Shown: positions 10,269 through 17,283 of the stretch, piece after piece
Numbering within the stretch: position 1 is the first letter of the stretch
Layout of the letters: every line of letters starts with the position of its first letter
Source of the DNA: Methanocaldococcus jannaschii DSM 2661
GTDB lineage: Archaea; AGJL01; Methanococci; Methanococcales; Methanocaldococcaceae
Assembly (NCBI RefSeq): GCF_000091665.1
Contig: NC_000909.1
Span: forward strand, 1,162,961 to 1,194,960
Direction: 5' to 3'
Length of the DNA stretch: 32,000 nt
Notes under the pieces: generated by a model
The model's input: only the letters and a program-made list of their open reading frames with translations
Told to the model about the DNA's origin: nothing
The model's database searches: none
Translations under genes and position numbers: made by a program

Positions 10269-10487
10269 CTATCCAAAGAAGATATCTAAAATATTCATTA
10301 AATTATCCTTACTCTTGACTATACTCTTATCATAAAATTCAGAATATCCGCATTTTTTGCATGTTATAACAATATATTCGTTATGTTGGATATCAAATAT
10401 CTTTGATAATCCAGTTCCAGTCATTGCAACTTCTTTTTCAAAAAATTCTGTATTTCCACATTTTGGACATTTCCATCTTTTTTCCAT
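10269..10487 (-). CDS. Small zinc-ribbon nucleic-acid-binding-type protein
   Basis: ORF 10269..10499; CPKCGNTEF...VITCKKCGYSEFY; start likely MEKRWKCP. Confidence 0.8.
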   Translation of the reverse strand: MEKRWKCPKCGNTEFFEKEVAMTGTGLSKIFDIQHNEYIVITCKKCGYSEFYDKSIVKSKDNLMNILDIFFG

Positions 10488-10521
10488 AAATATCACCAAA
10501 ATATCACAAAAAAAGAGAAGT

Positions 10522-12225
10522 TTATTTAATAATCATAATTACATCTCCAACATTCACAGCATCTCCTTCATCAATTAATATTCTCTCTACAGTTCCCTCA
10601 ACTGGGCTTTCTATTGGATGCTCCATCTTCATAGCTTCTAATACAACAATAACATCCCCCTTCTTAACCTTATCTCCTTCTTTAACTTTAATCTTAGTTA
10701 CCATTCCTCTAAATGGTGAAGTAACAGCTCCCTCCATCTCTGCAGTTATAACTTCTTTCTTTCTCTTCAATTCTGTTCCAATCTTTGGCTCTATCTTAAC
10801 CTCAAACTTCTCTCCATCAACCTCTACAATATATTCAGTCGGAATCTCTAAAATCTTTCCTATATCCTTCTCTTTTGGTATTGGCTCAGCTTTCAACTCT
10901 CCTCTTAAGAACTTAACAGCTATCTGTGGATATAAAGCGTAGGTTAATATATCCTCTTCTTTCTTAACAATTCCCTTCTCTTCTGCCTCTTTCTTAACTT
11001 TCTCCCATTCTGGAGGTAATAAATCAGCTGGTCTGCAGGTAATTGGTTTCTCTCCCTCATCCAATACTCTCTTTAACAACTCTGGGTTAATTGGAGCTGG
11101 TGGCTTTCCATAAAAGCCCTTTACATAATTAACTACTTCGTTTGTTATAATCTTGTATCTCTCTTCAGTTAAAACGTTTAAAACAGCCTGAGTTCCAACA
11201 ATTTGAGAGGTTGGTGTAACTAATGGAGGATATCCTAAATCCTTTCTTACTCTTGGAATCTCCTGTAGAACTTCTTCAAATTTATCCAAAGCTCCCTGCT
11301 CTTTAAGTTGTGAGACCAAGTTAGATAGCATTCCTCCAGGAACTTGATACACCAAAACCCTTGCATCGACAATTTGGGATATTGGAGAGAATAGCATTTT
11401 ATATTTTTCTCTAACTTTCATGAAGTAATCTCTAATCTCATTTAAGAGCTTTAAATCTAAGCCAGTATCATATTTTGTTCCTTTTAACGCAACAACGATA
11501 CTCTCTGTTGGTGGTTGGGATGTCCCCATGGCAAATGGTGAGATAGCACAATCTACCATGTCAGCTCCAGCTTCTATAACTTTTAGGTAAGTCATTGGAG
11601 CTAAACCACTTGTGCAATGGCTATGTACGTCAATAGGAAGTGATATCTCTTCTTTTAATCTTTTAACTAACTCATATCCTTCATAAGGGGTTAAAAGCCC
11701 AGCCATATCTTTTATGCAGATTGAATCACACCCCATCTCTTCTAATTTTTTTGCTAACTCCACATATTGGTCAATTGTATGAACTGGGCTTATAGTGTAA
11801 CATATAGCCCCCTGAACTTCAGCCCCAACCTTTTTAGCTGTTTTTATTGCAGTTTCCATATTTCTTACATCGTTTAAAGCATCAAAAATCCTAAAAATAT
11901 CAATTCCATTCTCATGGGCTTTTATAACAAACTTTTCAACGATATCATCTGGGTAGTGCCTATAACCAACTAAGTTCTGCCCTCTTAAGAGCATCTGTAA
12001 TGGAGTGTTTTGAATCCTCTTTTTTAAAGCCCTCAACCTCTCCCATGGGTCTTCATTTAGATATCTTATACATGCATCAAATGTAGCTCCTCCCCAAACC
12101 TCCATAGAGTAGAATCCAACCTCATCCATCTTTTCCGCTATTGGTAGCATGTCTTCAGTTCTCATTCTTGTAGCTATCAATGACTGCTGAGCATCCCTAA
12201 AAGTAGTATCTACAATCTTAACCAT
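10522..12225 (-). CDS. pycB: Pyruvate carboxylase subunit B: carboxyltransferase plus biotinyl domain (oxaloacetate decarboxylase alpha-like)
   Basis: VDTTFRDAQQSLIATRMRTEDML, SHCTSGLAPMTYLKVIEAG, C-terminal VVLEAMKMEHPI biotinylation motif. Confidence 0.96.
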   Translation of the reverse strand: MVKIVDTTFRDAQQSLIATRMRTEDMLPIAEKMDEVGFYSMEVWGGATFDACIRYLNEDPWERLRALKKRIQNTPLQMLLRGQNLVGYRHYPDDIVEKFVIKAHENGIDIFRIFDALNDVRNMETAIKTAKKVGAEVQGAICYTISPVHTIDQYVELAKKLEEMGCDSICIKDMAGLLTPYEGYELVKRLKEEISLPIDVHSHCTSGLAPMTYLKVIEAGADMVDCAISPFAMGTSQPPTESIVVALKGTKYDTGLDLKLLNEIRDYFMKVREKYKMLFSPISQIVDARVLVYQVPGGMLSNLVSQLKEQGALDKFEEVLQEIPRVRKDLGYPPLVTPTSQIVGTQAVLNVLTEERYKIITNEVVNYVKGFYGKPPAPINPELLKRVLDEGEKPITCRPADLLPPEWEKVKKEAEEKGIVKKEEDILTYALYPQIAVKFLRGELKAEPIPKEKDIGKILEIPTEYIVEVDGEKFEVKIEPKIGTELKRKKEVITAEMEGAVTSPFRGMVTKIKVKEGDKVKKGDVIVVLEAMKMEHPIESPVEGTVERILIDEGDAVNVGDVIMIIK

Positions 12226-12269
12226 AGCTATCCCTCACAAATATTTATTTTGATTTAAAAAAGGCACAG

Positions 12270-12303
12270 CCAAATAAAACGGCAATGCAGTTCCGTTATT
12301 TGG
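12270..12303. promoter_or_regulatory. Inverted repeat/hairpin in the pycB upstream region
   Basis: ccaaataaaacgg (12270-12282) / ccgttatttgg (12293-12303): 11-nt arm against 13-nt arm with a short bulge, 10-nt loop; on the pycB sense strand a TTTTTT run follows after a few nt. Confidence 0.5.
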
Positions 12304-12480
12304 TTAGCCATAGTCTTATAATTTCAATCATAGTTACCCCTCATCAAAAATTGATTAAGAAAATTTAAGATTTAGGAGATAAAATTGAGTTTAAATTAAT
12401 TAATACAAAAATCTCTATCCTTGTTTATAGCCGTAGTGTAGTATTGATTGAAATGATATATATGCTTTACTTAGGTTCTA

Positions 12481-13371
12481 TTAAGTATGGAAATTCTCTG
12501 GAAATTTACCACTAATAATCTTTAATATATCTGTTCTTGTTATAATTCCAACGATTTTATTGTTATCATCGACTATAACCAATCTCCCCACATTATTTTT
12601 GTTCATAATTTTTAATGCATCATATATCTTTTCATCTTTATGTATTGTTATAACGTCTCTTCTCATAACCTCTTTGACCTTTTTATCAATATTATCTATA
12701 TTCTCAGCAATATCATGTAGGCTTATTACACCAACCAATTTATCGTTATCAACAACTGGAGCTCCACTGATATATTTTTCAGCAAATAATTTGGCAGTTT
12801 CTCTTAAAGTGCAATTTGGATTTATTGTCCAAACCTCTTTAATCCCCACATCTCCAACTTTTATATTTGGGATACTTGAAACTCCTAAAACATCTATTAG
12901 CAAAATCCTATGAATATCATCCCTTCCAATAATTTTTCCATTAATAATAATTTTATTATGATAAGTAGGGCCGACTCTAATAATATCTCCAATGTTAAAG
13001 TGCTTTGTATCCCCCTCAATGTGTATCTTTGAAGAACAGCATTTTTCATGTGAAACAGTGTCAAACTCTATTTTTACAACCTTAACTCCCTCAACTTTCT
13101 TTCCATCTTTATATATAGGGACTATTATCTCCCCCTCATCTTCTAATCCCAAAGCTCTATAAGCTTTACTTGTTGGCACATATCCCCCTTTAGGTCCAGG
13201 AACACCATCAACTAAATCTAATGCCCTTAAAGCTTGCATTTGGTTTCTTATAGTTCCTGGATTCCTATTTAATCTTAAGGCAATTTCTGTTCCTTTGATT
13301 GGTCTATTTTTTTCTCTATATAGGTTTATAAGTTCTTGTAATATCTCTCTCTGCACAACCGTTAGTTCCAT
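12481..13371 (-). CDS. Winged-helix DNA-binding plus CBS-pair regulatory protein
   Basis: N-terminal HTH (TEIALRLNRNPGTIRNQMQALRALDLVDGVPGPKGGYVPT); C-terminal CBS pair (ISGAPVVDNDKLVGVISLHDI; VGRLVIVDDNNKIVGIITRTDIL). Confidence 0.85.
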   Translation of the reverse strand: MELTVVQREILQELINLYREKNRPIKGTEIALRLNRNPGTIRNQMQALRALDLVDGVPGPKGGYVPTSKAYRALGLEDEGEIIVPIYKDGKKVEGVKVVKIEFDTVSHEKCCSSKIHIEGDTKHFNIGDIIRVGPTYHNKIIINGKIIGRDDIHRILLIDVLGVSSIPNIKVGDVGIKEVWTINPNCTLRETAKLFAEKYISGAPVVDNDKLVGVISLHDIAENIDNIDKKVKEVMRRDVITIHKDEKIYDALKIMNKNNVGRLVIVDDNNKIVGIITRTDILKIISGKFPENFHT

Positions 13372-13511
13372 AAAAACCCCCTTATTAAAAATACTAATGA
13401 TTATAAATTATAATAGATTATTGACATCCATGATAAATATTTATGGCAATAAAATAAATATATACTTATCGATTTAATTCAGAATTGAGTAAAATTACTT
13501 TGGTGCTAACT

Positions 13512-14351
13512 ATGAATTACATAACCTCAAAAATAGCTAAGGAAATTTTAAATTCACAATCTGAGGAGATTTTTTTAAATTTGGATTTAAATAAGACAGA
13601 AAAGAAAGAAAAGATTTTGATAGATAGGGAAAAAAAGATTGCCAAATTTCCTGAAGGAGATGTTAGCTTTGACATTTTAAAGAAGATTGCCAAGGATGAG
13701 GGGCATATATACTTTATAAAAGATGGAGAAGTTTTTAAAGCTGCAATATCAAATAACGGCTATTATAAGTTAGTTCCAACAATTCCACCAACAATTGAGA
13801 TAAATGGAATAAGAATGCATAGAACTAAAGAAGTTAATCCTTATGAAGATACACTAAATAAGATAAATGCCGTAAAAGTAAAGAAGGGAGAAAAAGTTTT
13901 AGATACCTGCATGGGTTTGGGTTATACAGCTATAGAGGCGTATAGAAGAGGAGCTGAAGTTATAACTATAGAAAAAAATCCAAATGTTTTAGAATTAGCT
14001 AAAATAAACCCTTATAGTGAAGAGCTGTTTAAAGGAGGCATTAAAATTATTTTAGGAGATGCTTATGATGTCATAAAGAGATTTAAAGATGAGGAGTTTG
14101 ATGTTGTTATCCACGACCCTCCAAGGTTCAGCTTAGCTGGACATCTATACAGCGAAGAATTCTATAAAGAAATTTTTAGAGTTTTAAAGCCGGGAGGAAG
14201 ATTGTTTCATTATGTTGGTAATCCAGGAAAGAAGTATAGAGGAAAGGATTTACAGAAGGGAGTTATGGAGAGGTTGAGGAAAGTTGGATTTGTAAATGTT
14301 AAAAGGGTTGAAGAAGCGTTGGGAGTTGTTGCTGTAAAACCAAGAGATTAA
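13512..14351 (+). CDS. SAM-dependent methyltransferase-like protein
   Basis: ORF 13485..14351; VKKGEKVLDTCMGLGYTAIEAYRRGAEVITIEKNPNVLELAKINPYS, VVIHDPPRFS. ATG 13512 is preceded by GGTG and is a likelier start than TTG 13485. Confidence 0.8.
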   Translation: MNYITSKIAKEILNSQSEEIFLNLDLNKTEKKEKILIDREKKIAKFPEGDVSFDILKKIAKDEGHIYFIKDGEVFKAAISNNGYYKLVPTIPPTIEINGIRMHRTKEVNPYEDTLNKINAVKVKKGEKVLDTCMGLGYTAIEAYRRGAEVITIEKNPNVLELAKINPYSEELFKGGIKIILGDAYDVIKRFKDEEFDVVIHDPPRFSLAGHLYSEEFYKEIFRVLKPGGRLFHYVGNPGKKYRGKDLQKGVMERLRKVGFVNVKRVEEALGVVAVKPRD

Positions 14352-14437
14352 GCTTTCTATTTTTTTAATTTAAACAATCAAAAGAGAAATATTATTTTGC
14401 TTTTTTTAATAAATTTAAAAAATTAAGTTTAATGTTT

Positions 14438-14621
14438 TATTTTTATACAATGTTGTTCTTCTTAAACGAATTTGAAGTCCCCGTTTCAGGGATTGTTATA
14501 AATGCAAAACCTATAGAGTTTCCATACAATATTGTTCTTCTTAAACAAGTCCACTTAATAATCCCTTACATTCCACAAATTAATCCAAAACAGTTTCCAT
14601 ACAATACTGTTTTTCTTAAAC
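14438..14621 (-). CRISPR. Putative mini CRISPR-like array: three 30-nt repeats, intervals of 49 and 45 nt; orientation inferred
   Basis: 14438-14467 TATTTTTATACAATGTTGTTCTTCTTAAAC; 14517-14546 AGTTTCCATACAATATTGTTCTTCTTAAAC; 14592-14621 AGTTTCCATACAATACTGTTTTTCTTAAAC. Reverse complement has GTTTAAG...ATGGAAA termini. Sits about 360 bp downstream of cas6, same strand. Confidence 0.6.
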
Positions 14622-14980
14622 CCATTACATTCAAATGTATCATAACTCATATTTATACCCTTCCTATTCAATAATCTTAATAACCAATATTAAATTCAAA
14701 CAAAAAACCTTTTATTTTATTTCTAAGCAAATAAAAAAACCTTTAATCAAAGAATAAGATGAAAGTATATTTTATCTTTAAAAAATATCTCCCTTCTATC
14801 CAAATCCAATTTAAGTTAATACTTTTTTGTTAAAATGATTATTAAAATTAAACAGAGAACTCCTATCCAATGAAATTTAAAAATATTGGTCAAAAATCTT
14901 TAAAAACAAAATCTAAATAACTTATTACTTCAAAAAATAAAAACTTTTCTTATGCATTTTATAAAATCAAATATTCAAAC
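14622..14980 (-). other. AT-rich, apparently non-coding leader-like region between cas6 and the repeats
   Basis: Strongly A/T-rich, no supported ORF, on the expected leader side of the repeats. Confidence 0.35.
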
Positions 14981-15706
14981 TTATTTTATAGGATTTATGA
15001 ATCCGAAGCCTAAACTATTCTTCTCTCCCAAACCACAATCCATTATAAACTTGTAAAACTTCCTCTCTTCTTTTCTAATTTTAATCTTCTCTAATAACTT
15101 CCATGTAGTTCCAACTACTAAAAACTCTCTTCCCTTCTTAGCAATCCTAACATAAACATCTACCCTCCCATTCCTAACTCTTGGAGATATTCTATCAAAA
15201 ATAAAACCATTTAAAACTGGCTCTTCATTATAAAATGCTTTATATTTTTTAACTGCATTATCCTGCAGTCTTTGAACAAAAAACATCAAATCAAAATCAT
15301 CATCATAAAACTTTATATACTCTCCTCTATCTTTATCCTTGTATAAAACAATTGGAGAACCAGTTATAAACTTATTTTTAACCTTCAAATCAAATTTTTT
15401 AAGTTCAGAAACTTCAAATTTAAAATTATTTAAATTAACTTCTTCTAAATTATCTAATCTCTCATATAATACATTAATAAACTCCTCCCTTGGTGAGGAT
15501 ATTAGTAGATATTTATCCTCCCCTTTAACAAAATCATTCGGTGGAAATATATCAGAAAAACACCAAAACTTAAACCTTGGCTGATTATGCATCTCCCCAA
15601 ACTCAGTATCCTTTAAAAGAGAATAAATAAAACCCTGTATAGTATGTTTATTAATTTTATCAAAAGAAAAATCTTGTTTAGGAGTTAGGGATAACTTTAA
15701 CCTCAT
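14981..15706 (-). CDS. cas6: CRISPR-associated endoribonuclease Cas6, stand-alone
   Basis: 241 aa; RAMP features with C-terminal glycine-rich loop FIMDCGLGEKNSLGFGFI and N-terminal MRLKLSLTPKQDFSFDKINKHTIQGFIYSLL. Confidence 0.85.
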   Translation of the reverse strand: MRLKLSLTPKQDFSFDKINKHTIQGFIYSLLKDTEFGEMHNQPRFKFWCFSDIFPPNDFVKGEDKYLLISSPREEFINVLYERLDNLEEVNLNNFKFEVSELKKFDLKVKNKFITGSPIVLYKDKDRGEYIKFYDDDFDLMFFVQRLQDNAVKKYKAFYNEEPVLNGFIFDRISPRVRNGRVDVYVRIAKKGREFLVVGTTWKLLEKIKIRKEERKFYKFIMDCGLGEKNSLGFGFINPIK

Positions 15707-15721
15707 AAGTCTCCCTTTTAT

Positions 15722-16999
15722 TTATTTCCAATACTCTAAAGCCTTTTTTAGCTCTGCAACTTCTTCTGCTTTTTCTTCTAATGATTTTCCTTCTATAATT
15801 GCCTCAATAGCAGCCCTCATTGCCTTAGCTCCAGCTCTTGTCCCATCTGGATGTCCATGAACTCCTCCTCCTGCCTGAATAATTAAATCTCTGCCTAAAA
15901 TCTCAACTATTTTTGGGACTAATCTTGGATGAACTCCGCCAGAAGATACTGGAAATACTGGTTTAATATCAAACCAATCTTGATTGAAAAATTTGTTTTC
16001 GTTGTCTGCTTCAACTTTATCATAAACAATCTCATCTCTAATTGCTTTAACCTCTTTTTCTCCTCCTTCCATCTTTCCAACAACTGTTCCTATATGTAAT
16101 TGGTCAACTCCTAACAACCTATAAATCTTAGCTAATGCCAACATGGATATTCCAAAATCTCTACTTCTTGTCATTGCTGCATGCATAGCTCTGTGGGCAT
16201 GGATTATAAATTTAAAGTCCTCTTCTCTAAATGATTGCACTGCAGAGAATCCACAAACAACAACATCTATCATCACATATTCACTTCCAGCATCTTCAGC
16301 AATCTCTGCCCTTCTAATCATCTCTCTGTATGGAGCTGTTATATTTGGCATATATGCTTTTCTTTCTCCAGTCTCTTCTTCTGCTTTATCTCTCATCTCT
16401 AAGGTTTTATAAATTCTATCCTCAAATTTATTGAATTCTTGGGAAGTTAAATTTTCATCATCCTTAACTAAATCAACCCCTCCAACCCATGCTTCATAGG
16501 CAACTTTTGCATGCTCTTCAGTTTTTAAACCAACTTTTGGTTTAACTATAGTCCCCAGTAAAGGTCTTTCTTTGATTTTTAGAGTTTCTCTAACTCCTTC
16601 AATTCCAAATCTTGGCCCTTTATAAGCTTTAACAAACTCCGCTGGAAATCTAAAGTCCAATATCCTTAAACCTTTGGCTATCTTCATTCCAAATATATTT
16701 CCTGCAATCCCTGCTAAAACTCCTGGCATGTTGTTTATTTCAAAATCATACAATGGATAGGCAATTTTTATTAGTCCAACTTTATACCCATTTTCTTCTC
16801 CAATCTCTTTAATTTCATAAACCTTTGGTCTTAATTTTTCATAAATATCGCTTTTCATTGTTTGAACTTTAGTCCATGTTCCAATAGAGCTCTCCCCAGC
16901 AATCTCATTTGCCAACTTTTCTAAATTTTCTCCTTTAATTACCATACAAGATAACAAATCACCTTCATTTGGTCTGTAGTTTAAGTTTATGTAGTCCAT
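15722..16999 (-). CDS. rbcL: Ribulose-1,5-bisphosphate carboxylase, archaeal type III
   Basis: ORF 15722..17017; LLGTIVKPKVGL, GGVDLVKDDENLTSQEFNKFEDR (catalytic lysine loop), GGGVHGHPDGTRAGAKAMRAA; start likely MDYINLNYRP. Confidence 0.95.
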   Translation of the reverse strand: MDYINLNYRPNEGDLLSCMVIKGENLEKLANEIAGESSIGTWTKVQTMKSDIYEKLRPKVYEIKEIGEENGYKVGLIKIAYPLYDFEINNMPGVLAGIAGNIFGMKIAKGLRILDFRFPAEFVKAYKGPRFGIEGVRETLKIKERPLLGTIVKPKVGLKTEEHAKVAYEAWVGGVDLVKDDENLTSQEFNKFEDRIYKTLEMRDKAEEETGERKAYMPNITAPYREMIRRAEIAEDAGSEYVMIDVVVCGFSAVQSFREEDFKFIIHAHRAMHAAMTRSRDFGISMLALAKIYRLLGVDQLHIGTVVGKMEGGEKEVKAIRDEIVYDKVEADNENKFFNQDWFDIKPVFPVSSGGVHPRLVPKIVEILGRDLIIQAGGGVHGHPDGTRAGAKAMRAAIEAIIEGKSLEEKAEEVAELKKALEYWK

Positions 17000-17059
17000 A
17001 GTATATCCCTCCCCCACGAATTCTTTGGTATTAAGTATTATTAATTTTTTGTATGGTCG

Positions 17060-17084
17060 TTTCTAATATAAATAGTGTTAGAAA
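17060..17084. promoter_or_regulatory. Inverted repeat flanking a TATA-like sequence upstream of the RuBisCO gene
   Basis: TTTCTAA-tataaatagtg-TTAGAAA, perfect 7-bp arms. Confidence 0.4.
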
Positions 17085-17196
17085 GCTTTACCTTTAGTTT
17101 ATATATTTAAATTAATTATTGAACAGTAAAATAATGCTAAAGGCTTATTTTAACCAAATATAAAAAAGGATGAATGTAAAATTAATGAATTAATAA

Positions 17197-17226
17197 ATTT
17201 TCATTCCGAATTGATTTGATTTTAAT
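17197..17226 (-). repeat. Solitary degenerate CRISPR repeat relic
   Basis: attttcattccgaattgatttgattttaat matches 24/30 positions of ATTTCCATTCCGAAACGGTCTGATTTTAAC, recalled as the M. jannaschii repeat. Confidence 0.5.
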
Positions 17227-17283
17227 ATTTTGAAAAAATTTAACAAATAGAATTAAACAGTTTTGAAAGGCACATAAAATTAA

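Noticed and set aside
14345-14374. Possible fourth repeat ending in ttaatttaaac
   Set aside because: Only the terminal TTAAAC-like bases agree; the interior does not match and chance is likely in AT-rich sequence.
14432-14674. 80-aa plus-strand ORF (MFYFYTMLFFLNEFEVP...) over the repeats
   Set aside because: It overlays the CRISPR-like repeats. The second and third repeats are 75 nt apart and in frame (EFPYNIVLLKQ/QFPYNTVFLKP), but the first is 79 nt away and out of frame, so the peptide repetition looks like a by-product of the DNA repeats.
14658-14686. Possible extra degenerate repeat (cccttcctattcaataatcttaataacc)
   Set aside because: Spacing is roughly right but several gaps are needed to align it; not strong enough to count as a repeat unit.
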